Under the pieces are notes generated by a model. That model was not told the DNA's origin, ran no database searches, and saw only the letters and a program-made list of their open reading frames with translations. From an uncultured cyanobacterium (GTDB taxonomy: Bacteria > Cyanobacteriota > Cyanobacteriia > Cyanobacteriales > CAWCAG01), in contig CAWDOD010000003.1 of assembly GCA_963803805.1 (NCBI GenBank), forward strand, positions 288,001 to 352,000: 64,000 bases of DNA. Direction: 5' to 3'. Shown here in pieces: positions 21,943-32,197 of this stretch. Position 1 is the first letter of the stretch, and each line of letters begins with the position of its first letter. Made by a program: the position numbers and the translations under genes.

Positions 21943-22002
21943 GGGCGACCCAATTTAAACCTTGATTTGTCAACAATATTTGGAAAACGGGTCGCCCCTA
22001 CA
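21943..22002 (-). repeat. REP-like hairpin, family A
   Basis: GGGCGACCC...GGGTCGCCCCTACA just 3' of a CHAT gene. Confidence 0.85.
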
Positions 22003-22015
22003 TTTATTACTTAAT

Positions 22016-25000
22016 TTAATCCGCTTCCCCAATTAAAGTAAAAGCGGCCCAGTTTTTTGGTTCCGGGTGTTGCTTCATCGTTACTAACATCGCTTGTCGC
22101 AACGCCTGGGCTTTATCAGGATTTTTCTCTAATTGATTGTAAAACTCCACCATCAACTCTCCTGTAGGAGCATCAGGTACTGCCCATAGAGAAACTAAGA
22201 CGCTGGGAACTCCAGCACTAATAAAGGAACGGGATAAACCGATTACTCCATCTCCGGTTATTTTGCCCCTGCCTGTGTTGCAAGCGCTCAAAACTACTAA
22301 TTGGGCTTGCAAGTTCATCTCGTAGATTTCTGTCGCTGTCAGGAGTCCGTTGCCTGGAGAAGAATCGGGGGCGAGGGCGATCGCACTTCCCATTCCTTGT
22401 ACATCGTCTAGTAAGCCGTGGGTGGCCAGGTGAATTAAGTTAGCGTTGGTCATTTGTTTGACTATGGTGGATTTGGTGGCTTCGTTACCGGTGAAGGGTT
22501 GGGTATTTAGTAGAGGTGCGATCGCCTTCGCTTCTTTTTCTGCACCAGGAAGGGAGGCTAATTGTATAGCGGGTTCGAGGGGGTCATCTTTGACCTTGGG
22601 CATGGTGGGGTTGCCTACTACTAAGGCATCTCCGGTTGCTGTTGTTTTTTGCTTTTGTTCCCTGGTTAGTTGCAAGGTTTGGATAGAGGGGGCGGTGAGG
22701 ATGGTGTGTTTTTCGATGAGGTAGGTTCCGTTTTCGTCTTGTAGGGCAGGGAAGGGAGTCAGGAAGAGGGAACTTTGGGGAATGAAGATGACTTTCTCCT
22801 TGGGGTCAGTGGGTAGTAAATCGGCGATGGGATCAATGAGGAGGTTGTGTAGGCGGTTTAAGCCATCTTTGTAGGGTTCAAATCCTGGTCTGGGTTTGAT
22901 GGCTACTTCGTCGCGGTTGAGGCTGCGGAGGGGTAAGCCCTGTACTCCCAAGGCGATGCGAGTGTGGGTAACAAGTTTGGCTAAGGAGGTGTTTTCTTGT
23001 TGCCAGAGGGGTTTAAGGTTGCTGCGACGGAAGGTTATTTCTCCGGTGGGTTTGACTATCCAGATATAAAGTTCTGCTTCTTTAGTTTGTTGCTTTCCTT
23101 CAATGCTGAAATTATCACCAATTAGGGAGTATTCAACTAAGGTGGCATTTTGCTGTTGGGCGATTTGTTTGATTTGTTCGATGTTGGGTGGTGTTATGGT
23201 TGTTGGGAAGGAGTTGTCTTGGTTGGCTAGGCGTTTGGCTAATAGCTCTACAAATGCTCTGGCGCGACCTCTTTCTGAAATTTCAAGGGCTTCATTGGTT
23301 TTATTTTGGGCAATTAGGACTTCTTGAATATTGCGATAAGTAGCAGCTTGCTGTTCAAAAATGGAAATTTTAAAGTCATCATTGTCACCTAAAAAACTCC
23401 TGGTTTCTTCAAAGTACTCAACGGCCTGCCGTAAAGTTTCTTCTGCCTCTGTTAGCTTACCAAGTTTAAACAATGACATTCCCAAGTTATTGAGCGATCG
23501 TGATGTACACTTTTGAGCCCCGGTTTTTTTAGACTTAGCCAAGCTTTGCCGAGAAAAATTTATAGCTTGGGTGTAATCTCCAAGAGATGAGTAAGCACTA
23601 CCTAAATTGCATAAGATAGAAACTTCTCCGGAGAGATGGTTATTTCTTTGAGCGATGGCTAATGCCTGTTTATAATAGTTAATTCCTTGAGTATAATTTC
23701 CTTGTTTAGTGTAAGCAATCCCTAAATTGTTTAGAGTCATTCTTTCTATATCTTTATCACCATTTTCTTGAGCAATTTTCAAAGAATTATTTAATACTTG
23801 AATTGCTCGATTATTATGTTTTAAAGTCGTTAAAATGTCACCAAGATTAAGAAAAGAACGCATTAGTATATTGCGATCGTTGATTTCTTGAGCGATGCTT
23901 ACAGATTTCTCAATATGGGCAATAGCCTGTTCATACTTCCCTATTTCTGTGTAAGAGACTGCTAAATTTAGAAAAAGAGCTCCTTCATGTTTTTGATCAT
24001 TAATTTCTTGGGCAATTAATAAAGCTTCTTGGTAAATTTGAATTGCCTGAGCATAATGCCTCATTCCACTGTAAGCGTTTCCTAAATTCATCAAAATTAA
24101 TGCTTCATTGTGACGATCACCAAGTTCTCGGAATATACTCAATGCTTCTTCCCAAGATTTTATAGATTCCTGAAATAGGCTGTTGCTATATTGCTCAAAT
24201 CCTTGCTCGAAAAGTTGCTTCACTTTTGCTCTTTGTTGAGTAGCTAGCAAGCCTTGTTGGGCAGATTTTTCTATCTCTATATCATCAACTTGTTTGGCAA
24301 TAGCTAAACTCTGTTGAAAAGAAACGATTGCCTGAGTATAGTCATCTTTTATTATGTAAATATCACCAATAGAAATCAAAAGTCTTCCTTGGTGAGAGAT
24401 ATCATCTAACTCTTGTGCAATTGCCAAACTCTGCTGGTAGTAATTAAGCGCTTCATCGTAATTTTTTATAGCTGAGTACGTATTTCCTAAAAGATCTAAA
24501 ATATCACCTCTCAATTGATAATTATTAATCTTTTGAGCAATGACTAAACTTTGCTGTAAACTATTAATACCTCGGTTATAATCGCCCTTTATTGTATAAA
24601 TTTCTCCAATATGAAATAATATTCCTCCTTGGGCTGCTATCAGATCTAACTCTTGTGCATTTGCCAAACTTTGCTGATAGTAATTCAATGCTTTATCATA
24701 ATTTCTCAGAAGTAAGTAATTATTTCCTAAGAGGTCTAGAATTTGACCTTCTGTATCTTGATGATTTAGTTGTTGAGCGATAACTAGACCTTGTTGTAAG
24801 GCATTTATGGCTTTAGTATACTCACCTTTTATTCTGTAAATGTAGCCAATATAAAGTAGAATTTCCCCTTGAGGTGCAGCAATGTCTAACTCTTGTGCTA
24901 CTGCCAAACTTTGTTTGTAGTAATCAAGTGCTTCATCATAATTTTCTAGGACTAAGTATGCGCTTCCCAAAAGTCCTAGAACCCGACCTTGCATAGGATG

Positions 25001-25246
25001 ATTGCCAATTACTTTATAAATATTTAATGCTTGTTGTCGCAACAATATTGCTTCCTGAAACTGACCGTTTTGATATAGCTGATTACTTTGCTCTAAAAGC
25101 TGGTCGGCTTCTGCTTGCTTTTCTTCTATAGTTTGCCCTTGCACCGGAGACAAAAAGAAGTGAACAGACAAACCCCCAAAACTAAAATTAGTCAGACTTA
25201 AAAATAAAGTTAGTAATACAGTAGAGCTAAACTTGGGTAGATTCAT
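22016..25246 (-). CDS. Signal peptide + TPR + CHAT protease
   Basis: Many 40-aa TPRs, SERGRARAF, HLATHG, VVLSACNTG, WAAFTLIG. Confidence 0.92.
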   Translation of the reverse strand: MNLPKFSSTVLLTLFLSLTNFSFGGLSVHFFLSPVQGQTIEEKQAEADQLLEQSNQLYQNGQFQEAILLRQQALNIYKVIGNHPMQGRVLGLLGSAYLVLENYDEALDYYKQSLAVAQELDIAAPQGEILLYIGYIYRIKGEYTKAINALQQGLVIAQQLNHQDTEGQILDLLGNNYLLLRNYDKALNYYQQSLANAQELDLIAAQGGILFHIGEIYTIKGDYNRGINSLQQSLVIAQKINNYQLRGDILDLLGNTYSAIKNYDEALNYYQQSLAIAQELDDISHQGRLLISIGDIYIIKDDYTQAIVSFQQSLAIAKQVDDIEIEKSAQQGLLATQQRAKVKQLFEQGFEQYSNSLFQESIKSWEEALSIFRELGDRHNEALILMNLGNAYSGMRHYAQAIQIYQEALLIAQEINDQKHEGALFLNLAVSYTEIGKYEQAIAHIEKSVSIAQEINDRNILMRSFLNLGDILTTLKHNNRAIQVLNNSLKIAQENGDKDIERMTLNNLGIAYTKQGNYTQGINYYKQALAIAQRNNHLSGEVSILCNLGSAYSSLGDYTQAINFSRQSLAKSKKTGAQKCTSRSLNNLGMSLFKLGKLTEAEETLRQAVEYFEETRSFLGDNDDFKISIFEQQAATYRNIQEVLIAQNKTNEALEISERGRARAFVELLAKRLANQDNSFPTTITPPNIEQIKQIAQQQNATLVEYSLIGDNFSIEGKQQTKEAELYIWIVKPTGEITFRRSNLKPLWQQENTSLAKLVTHTRIALGVQGLPLRSLNRDEVAIKPRPGFEPYKDGLNRLHNLLIDPIADLLPTDPKEKVIFIPQSSLFLTPFPALQDENGTYLIEKHTILTAPSIQTLQLTREQKQKTTATGDALVVGNPTMPKVKDDPLEPAIQLASLPGAEKEAKAIAPLLNTQPFTGNEATKSTIVKQMTNANLIHLATHGLLDDVQGMGSAIALAPDSSPGNGLLTATEIYEMNLQAQLVVLSACNTGRGKITGDGVIGLSRSFISAGVPSVLVSLWAVPDAPTGELMVEFYNQLEKNPDKAQALRQAMLVTMKQHPEPKNWAAFTLIGEAD

Positions 25247-25311
25247 AACAGCATTTAACTAAAAATTAATTTACGGCAATCATATAGCCTTTACCTCAAC
25301 CCTGGTGGTGC

Positions 25312-25578
25312 AGGCGACCCAAGAAATTGCTTATCTTTCCCTCCAGTTAAAGGTAAACGGGTCGCCTCTACAATATTGGCAATTGTTAGAATCATTTAAT
25401 GTAATAGGAAAACGTGTATGCGTAGTAGATGCGACAATGCTGACGCAAACGTGTAGCATCTCGACCCTTGAGAAGCCTACCTTTAGACATTGCCCAATAA
25501 ATAAAAATCCATTATCCCGTAGGGGCGACCCGTTTGCAAAATTTGATTCAAAAATCATAAAACCTGATTGGGTCGCCT
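25312..25578. repeat. Two inverted REP family-A hairpins (25312-25372 and 25519-25578)
   Basis: GGCGACCC...GGGTCGCCTCTAC and GTAGGGGCGACCC...GGGTCGCC in opposite orientations. Confidence 0.8.
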
Positions 25579-25660
25579 TGGCAAGGTTTCTAAATTTTAG
25601 TAAATTTGTAGCGAAATTTGATTACAAATTGTTTACCAATAGTACTTTGTTGAGTTTCTA

Positions 25661-25968
25661 ATATGAAATAGGTAAATGTTTACTACGAATACACCTTTTT
25701 CAAAAACGAACATAAATACCAATGCTATTCTACTACTAGGTCTATTTGCGACAATAGACTAACCTTGGATTAACAGCTAAATATAAGCAACGAAGAGCGA
25801 AGCGGTTAGGAAGGGGTGTGCGGTCACTGATTCCCTGAGATGCGGGTCTGGGGGGCTAGTCCCCCGGTAAAGACTATAACTACTTATAGATTAACTCAAA
25901 GAAGGATTGACTAAAAAAGGGCGATCTTGAAGCAATTTGTCTGTAGCGTTATTTTTTCTATTTCATAT
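25661..25968. mobile_element. Possible MITE with imperfect terminal inverted repeats
   Basis: ATATGAAATAG-N11-CTAC at both ends (inverted); internal GC hairpin at 25848-25867; no ORF. Confidence 0.45.
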
Positions 25969-26154
25969 AAATTCCTCATACCATTTTTCAAAAAGCTTAT
26001 TGGAGTTAATTGAGGTTCAAGGAATAAAATAGAGGAAAAAAGCTTTAAATCTCGCCCTAAATTGTCACTTCCTATGGGTAAAACAAGTAGCTCCTACTTA
26101 TTACTTTTAACCCAAAACATCTCTAACATCAAAGCAAGAAAATTAGTATCACAC

Positions 26155-27054
26155 TTAACGCAACTCCCTCACCTCTGCAACAGTCAACCCCGTAGTTTCA
26201 GCAACTTGACTATCATCAAAAACATCTAACAATTGACGAGCTATTTCGATAGCTTTTTGTTTTTTTCCCTGTTCCATACCTTCTTCCATTCCCATCTCTC
26301 TACCTTCTTCAATACCTATCTCTCTACCTTCTTCAATTCCCTCCCGTTTAGCCAAACGAATCGCCCCTTGTTGGTCATAAATAAACAACTCCCGCTTCTC
26401 CAACTCTTCCAACTCATCTCGACTCAAATTTGCTCGGTTAGCAATTTGAAACGCCCTATTAATTTCTGGCACTTCTCCCAAGTTACTTGGTACTGAATTC
26501 AAAGCATTAGCACTTTTAAGAAAGTAAATCCATTTATCGGTTAGGGTAGCTAATTCTTCCTTTTCTTGAGCAAACTTAGGTAACTCCACAAAAACAAGCT
26601 CTATTTCCTTATCGGGATAATCTATATTTGTTTTGGTTTCTTTAAAACGGAAACGAGAAATAATTTCTTCAAACTCAGAAAACATCCTAAAGTCTGTAAT
26701 TGTCAAAGCAATTACTGGTTTTAAATCTCGATAACCTTGACCAGAGGTAAGCTGAAGGCTATAGGTTTTGGCAGCATTGTAAAGTACCCTTTTGGTAAAA
26801 GATTCTACATTTAAAACCTGCATCTCAATAATAATTAGTAAGCCATTATTAAGTTTTGCTTGCACATCAAGGTAAGTATCTTTTAAACCTTCAACTTTAC
26901 CGGCCAAATGAGGATTAATTATTTCTAAATCCTCAATGATAGGTTCACCGTCATAAACCAAAGCATTAAGAAAGCTAATAAGAATATCCTTACTTTGTTC
27001 TGAGCCAAAGATTTTCTTAAAGGCATAATCAGTTTTAGGATTGATAAAATTCAT
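26155..27054 (-). CDS. Rpn family PD-(D/E)XK nuclease / putative transposase
   Basis: NPKTDYAFKKIFG, LDV.A, IEMQ, ELPKF, KWIYFL, EG.EEG repeats, ETTGL; start at MNFINP. Confidence 0.9.
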   Translation of the reverse strand: MNFINPKTDYAFKKIFGSEQSKDILISFLNALVYDGEPIIEDLEIINPHLAGKVEGLKDTYLDVQAKLNNGLLIIIEMQVLNVESFTKRVLYNAAKTYSLQLTSGQGYRDLKPVIALTITDFRMFSEFEEIISRFRFKETKTNIDYPDKEIELVFVELPKFAQEKEELATLTDKWIYFLKSANALNSVPSNLGEVPEINRAFQIANRANLSRDELEELEKRELFIYDQQGAIRLAKREGIEEGREIGIEEGREMGMEEGMEQGKKQKAIEIARQLLDVFDDSQVAETTGLTVAEVRELR

Positions 27055-27146
27055 CGGCGTAAATCCCACAAAGAACAAAAAGCTAAATATCCCATTTACT
27101 TATTACTTATTACTGAGGTTTACAGACGCTGATTGCGTAAATCCTG

Positions 27147-28469
27147 TCAATCATCGTTCAAAAAACGACCGGGGCTTAAAATATTTTGAGGATCAAACTT
27201 TTTTTTAATACGTTGCATCATTATTATGGCATTACCTGTATAACCCCATGGTTCAAGCTTTTGCTTCAATTCCCCAGGAGACTCTAAGATAGTGAGGAAA
27301 CCCTGGTTTTGTTGACAGTGCGATCGCAACTTTTGAACTTGGCTAAGGCTTTTTTCCGAATTGAGTTGTAGTTTACCAATGCCGCTACTGCTATGGATTA
27401 AAGCTAATCCTTCTCCGGTAGTAACCTGATCTAAATAGGCTAAAGTTGCTGTAGCAGAAGAGGGTAAAACACCGATTTTACTAGTAACTGACTGTTGAGA
27501 AATTGGCTTACTAATTAGAGAATGCAACTGTTGCCAAAGTTCCCTTTCTCCTTCCCCTTGGTAGGTAGTAGCTTGTAAATCAAGCGCATTACCTAGTTTC
27601 TGGAGCCTCTGAGATTGAGCCTCAACGCTAGCTGTAAGGCTTTGGAAACGGACTATTAAACCAAAACCTTTTTGACCAACCAAAGTTTTCACAACCCCTG
27701 GGGAAACCACATCAGAGGCTGTGGGTGTTAAAGCAGAATTGAGGAGGGTTTGCACCGTTGTTGTGATGGCATCTTCTTCCCCGGTTAAAAATATTGTCTG
27801 AGAATCTTGGTGTAAAGGATAGGTGCGTAGGGTAACTTGAGAAATAATTCCTAAAGTGCCAAAAGAACCAGTCAACAACTTCATTAAATCGTATCCTGCC
27901 ACATTCTTGACCACTCTCCCCCCAGCTTTGGCGATCGCCCCATCCCCCCGAACAAAAGAAATTCCTAACACCATATCCCTAATGCCACCATAACGCTGTC
28001 GCCAACTACCTGTATCTGCTGTAGCAATGATGCCGCCGATAGTTGCAGTTTGGGGGTAGGCAGGATCGATAGGCAAAAATTGATTTTCTTTTGCTAGAAT
28101 CCCTTGCACCTGTGCCAATGTCATCCCCCCTTCTAAAGTGACTGTCAAATCCCCCACTGCATGGTCAATAAGACGAGATAATTTTTGGGTGCTAATAATT
28201 AAATCTGCTTTTTTAACCAATCCTCCCCAAGTAACTTTGCTGCCGTTACCAACTGCTAAAATCGGCCAACCTTGTTCCTGGGCAATTTTAACAACCTCTC
28301 CTAAAGCGGCTGGGGTGTGGGGAAAAACAGCACAACTAGGCAAATGAGAAGCTGCGATCGCCGAGGCAATTTTTTCCTGAAATGATGGTTCAAGATCCTC
28401 CCAAGCAACTAGATCTAAGTTTGGGTTAGAGGGGAGCAAAGTTGCTAATTTAGTTGCGATCGCCTTCAT
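27147..28469 (-). CDS. glcE: FAD-binding oxidoreductase, glycolate oxidase subunit GlcE-like
   Basis: ATIGG, GGRVVKNVAGYDLMKL, GSFGTLG, FDPQNILSPGRF. Confidence 0.85.
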   Translation of the reverse strand: MKAIATKLATLLPSNPNLDLVAWEDLEPSFQEKIASAIAASHLPSCAVFPHTPAALGEVVKIAQEQGWPILAVGNGSKVTWGGLVKKADLIISTQKLSRLIDHAVGDLTVTLEGGMTLAQVQGILAKENQFLPIDPAYPQTATIGGIIATADTGSWRQRYGGIRDMVLGISFVRGDGAIAKAGGRVVKNVAGYDLMKLLTGSFGTLGIISQVTLRTYPLHQDSQTIFLTGEEDAITTTVQTLLNSALTPTASDVVSPGVVKTLVGQKGFGLIVRFQSLTASVEAQSQRLQKLGNALDLQATTYQGEGERELWQQLHSLISKPISQQSVTSKIGVLPSSATATLAYLDQVTTGEGLALIHSSSGIGKLQLNSEKSLSQVQKLRSHCQQNQGFLTILESPGELKQKLEPWGYTGNAIIMMQRIKKKFDPQNILSPGRFLNDD

Positions 28470-28563
28470 TTTTGCTTTTTTAAATTTGAGTTGCATATTG
28501 CCCTATTTTAAAGTGAATGTGACTTATAGAATAAGACAATCAACTAAACCGGGTTTGGTATCA

Positions 28564-30324
28564 TTAGGAACCCTTAGAACAACTATGTTTCCAAATACGA
28601 AGCTTTTCCACTTTTGGAGTTTGATAACTTGGCAAAGTTCTTTCTAGCATAAAATCAATTTCAAAAGTATCAAGTTGCTGAGAAACTTTATGCCGCCTAT
28701 TCCAGCTACGGCATAAATATCTGCCGTAATAAAGACGATACTTTTTCTTATCTTTGCGGTGCAACATCATTGTATATTTGCGCCAGCGCATATTGCGAAA
28801 AGTGCCAGAAACTAATTTCGGTTTTTCCCAACTTACAGAGTCACCACCTTGGAAAAGATCGATTTCTGTACCATCTCTCAGCTTGCCGGGAATTACATAC
28901 CAGCCATCTTTGGTGGGTGGATGGGGTGTAAACATATTCCAGGTTTGATCTAAGCCGAGAATCCGCACAAAAGCATCAGCATCTTTTGGTATTTTAAAAA
29001 CATCAGGGGCAACGGTGCGAAAATTCCACCAACAAACGAGTATGAAGAGAAAGGAAACGAAAATATTAGCTTTTCGGGAAGTATGAATTTTGAGAGGACG
29101 AAATTTGAGGAAGGATTTTGTTGGCAAAAGAGGAACTTTTTGACCGAGAAACTTAATAACTTTCCGGGGTAAAATAGCAGCGAAGGGACGAAATAAAGGT
29201 GAGAGGCGAAATAAATAAGTAACTGCGTTAGCTTGGAAAAATAGTTTTCCTTGTTCATTGCTCACAGCTAAAGATTTTCCACCTTTCATAGCTGCTAAAA
29301 TTTCTGCTTTCTCTTGTGCTGGAAGTATTTGCACATCAGGCAAGATTAAGAAGGTAGGGAGTAAGTAAGCAATTTTCTTACTAAAATCCTGTTTTTGGTT
29401 GTAGTAAACTTGAATTTCTTGGTTAGTTGATTTTCTGAAACGTCGAGAAATAATCAACCAAAACCCACTAGGCAAAAATCCTAACCAAGCTATAGCACTA
29501 ACGTAGGGAAAAAGACCAATTAGTAATCCGGAACCAAAACCAATATGAAGCCCAATAAAAAGGATAACGGCTAGGAAGCGAAAAAAATCTGCGCAGAAGG
29601 GAATGAAGAGTAAAAATGGTCCTAATAATTCCAACCAAAGAGTTACAAAGGTAAGGAAAACCAACAGAGAAGGAAAGTTAAGAAGGAATTTGCCGATAGG
29701 AGTTACTAAATAGTCTAGGTTGAGGGCATAATAAACGGCACTACCTTCCGTATGCCAAATCGGATCGGATTTAAGGGCCCAAGTAAACCAATAAATAAAG
29801 CAAACTTGTAGGGTTAAAGCAACTGTGGCTGGGGAAAGTATGCGTTTTGGTAAGGTTCGAGAAGAGGAATTAAGGGCGCGATCAACAGAATAACAAGCCC
29901 CTAAAGGTAAAAAGATACTCCAAAATAGAATCAAACGGAGTTCTACATCTCCGGCATTGATGATTAAGGGGTTACGCAATTGCAGAGATAACAGTAAAGC
30001 CCAAGAAAGAATAGTTACAAAGCGGGTACGATAGCCAACTAATAAAGCTAGGGCGATCGCCCCAGCTAAAATAAATAAAAACCCTTGAAATAGAGTTTGC
30101 CCACTAAATAAATGTATAGACCAACGCCAGGGATTAAGATTTTGTTCAATTAAGACACTTCTAGGCAAGATTCCTTCATCGCTATAGTGTGCCTGAAGAT
30201 CAAAAGCTCGTTTAAATAAATCGACAATAATTAGTAAAGCTAAACCAATACGTAAAAGGGCTAGCGATCGCAAATCTAAGCCAAACAATTGCTCTAATTT
30301 TGTTCTTCCTTCCTTAGCAATCAT
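28564..30324 (-). CDS. HTTM-domain membrane protein with DCC1-like insert
   Basis: DLRSLAL.RI, YSD.G.LPR, RNP.I...GD, YSVD, LDQ.W.MF.P, RWRKY. Confidence 0.85.
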   Translation of the reverse strand: MIAKEGRTKLEQLFGLDLRSLALLRIGLALLIIVDLFKRAFDLQAHYSDEGILPRSVLIEQNLNPWRWSIHLFSGQTLFQGFLFILAGAIALALLVGYRTRFVTILSWALLLSLQLRNPLIINAGDVELRLILFWSIFLPLGACYSVDRALNSSSRTLPKRILSPATVALTLQVCFIYWFTWALKSDPIWHTEGSAVYYALNLDYLVTPIGKFLLNFPSLLVFLTFVTLWLELLGPFLLFIPFCADFFRFLAVILFIGLHIGFGSGLLIGLFPYVSAIAWLGFLPSGFWLIISRRFRKSTNQEIQVYYNQKQDFSKKIAYLLPTFLILPDVQILPAQEKAEILAAMKGGKSLAVSNEQGKLFFQANAVTYLFRLSPLFRPFAAILPRKVIKFLGQKVPLLPTKSFLKFRPLKIHTSRKANIFVSFLFILVCWWNFRTVAPDVFKIPKDADAFVRILGLDQTWNMFTPHPPTKDGWYVIPGKLRDGTEIDLFQGGDSVSWEKPKLVSGTFRNMRWRKYTMMLHRKDKKKYRLYYGRYLCRSWNRRHKVSQQLDTFEIDFMLERTLPSYQTPKVEKLRIWKHSCSKGS

Positions 30325-30383
30325 GGTTAAAATAAACCCCTGAAAAATTGAAGACGCGACTAAAAGAATTCCAGCTTAACAGA

Positions 30384-30423
30384 AACCAGGGTCAAAACTT
30401 CTTATCAAATTCTGACCCTGGTT
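30384..30423 (-). terminator. Hairpin downstream of the PEP-CTERM gene
   Basis: AACCAGGGTCA/TGACCCTGGTT 11-bp stem; weak U-tract. Confidence 0.5.
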
Positions 30424-30474
30424 ATGTTTTTATTTGCTTTTACTACAGTTTCAAAACTGAATAAGTTCAGTTAT

Positions 30475-31515
30475 TTAACGAGATTTACGACGAGAAGCAA
30501 CTAATCCACCCAAAGCAAGGAGTAAACCACCGATTGTAGTAGGTTCAGGAACTTCTTGCGCTCCATCATCTACAGTGCCGTCATCGACAGTGCCATCATC
30601 GACAGTGCCATCATCAACGGTTCCATCATCGACAGTGCCATCATCTACAGTACCATCATCGACAGTGCCATCATCTACAGTGCCATCATCGACAGTACCA
30701 TCATCGACAGTACCATCATCTACAGTGCCATCATCTACAGTGCCATCATCGACAGTACCATCATCTACAGTGCCGTCATCGACAGTGCCGTCATCTACAG
30801 TGCCGTCATCTACAGTGCCATCATCCACTGTGCCGTCATCTACAGTACCATCATCGACAGTGCCATCGTCATCAGGCTTAATCTCACCTCCTGACAACTT
30901 ATCACTACCAGCACCAGCATTTACTTGCTGGAAGCGAGCGCCTATATCTACACTTCCATCACTAAATCCGGTTAGGAATAAATTTTCTAAAACGCTAGCA
31001 ACAAGAGGACTAGTACCGGTTACAACGATGCTAGCAGTAGTAGACTGACCTTCAGCAAGAGCGCCATTAGCATTACCTCCTAAGAAGTTGTTGTTGTCAG
31101 CAATACCTACATCCAAAGTACCAAAAGGATTAAAAGCTGCGTTAGGAATCAAGGTGTTAAGGAAACCAGTGTTGGTAAAAGAACCATTAACTAAACTTAA
31201 GTTTAAAGCATCTAAGGCTTGAAAACCTCCAAGGTCAAAACCAATTCCAGTTAATTTAGAAGAAGTTGCCCCATCACCAAAGATAATGTCACCAGTTGTA
31301 TTGGTAATGTCTAAACCAATCTGAACATCATTACCGAATTGAGTAAAAGTGAAATCCACAAAAGCTGAAGCGCCAGTCGCAGGGGAGTTAGAAGAAGTGC
31401 TATTGGGGCCAAATTGAATGCCAAAAGCTTGTGCCGCAGTTGGTGTAAGAACAGATGAGGTAAGAGCGATAGTTGTTGCCGCGAAGAAAGAGGAACCAAA
31501 TATAGTTGTTTTCAT
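30475..31515 (-). CDS. PEP-CTERM surface protein with (DDGTV)20 stalk
   Basis: Signal peptide ending AQA; C-terminal VPEP + TM + RRKSR. Confidence 0.92.
   Translation of the reverse strand: MKTTIFGSSFFAATTIALTSSVLTPTAAQAFGIQFGPNSTSSNSPATGASAFVDFTFTQFGNDVQIGLDITNTTGDIIFGDGATSSKLTGIGFDLGGFQALDALNLSLVNGSFTNTGFLNTLIPNAAFNPFGTLDVGIADNNNFLGGNANGALAEGQSTTASIVVTGTSPLVASVLENLFLTGFSDGSVDIGARFQQVNAGAGSDKLSGGEIKPDDDGTVDDGTVDDGTVDDGTVDDGTVDDGTVDDGTVDDGTVDDGTVDDGTVDDGTVDDGTVDDGTVDDGTVDDGTVDDGTVDDGTVDDGTVDDGTVDDGTVDDGAQEVPEPTTIGGLLLALGGLVASRRKSR
30571..30870 (-). repeat. 15-bp coding tandem repeat, 20 copies
   Basis: 300 bp; only synonymous differences between units. Confidence 0.95.
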
Positions 31516-31825
31516 GTTTAAGAAACCTTTAATAGTGAAAGATGGATATTTTGTAATTTCTGCTGTTGTGACGACTATAAGTCATAAATATTGGATTGGT
31601 AAAGAGAAAAATGTCAACTTCATCAACTCTTTAATAACTTACTATTTCCTCTTTGTTGTAGCTTCATAAATTTCATTAGCAGGTGTTATTTGTTACCTGT
31701 TTCTAATGGCATACAGTTAGGCGGATAGTAACTTTTATTGCATGAATTGTTTATAAAAAAAGATGAAAACGGTATTCAACATTTTTCTCTAAGTAATAAA
31801 AAATACAACGACAAATTCAAAAAGA

Positions 31826-32040
31826 CTTAGAGAAAGGATGCTTCCAAATACGAGGTTTTTCTACTTTTGGCATTTGCTAATATGGCAAAGTTCTCTCTGA
31901 TATAAAATTCATTTCCAAAGTATCAAGTTACAGCAGATATTTGTACCGCTCATTCCAGCTACGGCATAAATATCTGCTGTAATAAAGACGATATTTTTTC
32001 TGATCTTTGCGGTGCAACATCATCGTATATTTGCACCAGC
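31826..32040 (-). pseudogene. Degenerate duplicate of the HTTM gene 3' end (28573-28787)
   Basis: 215 bp, colinear; translates W.KYTMMLHRKD.KKYRLYY.RYLCRSWN... with in-frame TAA and TAG. Confidence 0.9.
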
Positions 32041-32197
32041 TTGCCTGGATTATCCAGCAGATTAGAATTCAAACCACAGTACTATTCTTGTCACTCCGGA
32101 TTTTTTTGTTCCGGAGTTACTTCAGCGAGAGAAGGTTTAAGAGAAGGTGAAGATACCTTATCCCTTTAGGAAAATCATCTTTATGGTGTTGAAATAC

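Noticed and set aside
25305-25661. ORFs of 118 aa (+) and 75 aa (-)
   Set aside because: They run through REP hairpins and have no recognisable protein features.
30571-30870. CRISPR array
   Set aside because: Contiguous 15-bp coding repeats with no spacers; no cas genes in the window.
30556-31048. Plus-strand repeat ORFs (STVPS)n and (IIDSA)n
   Set aside because: Antisense shadows of the DDGTV repeat; the minus frame has the signal peptide and PEP-CTERM motif.
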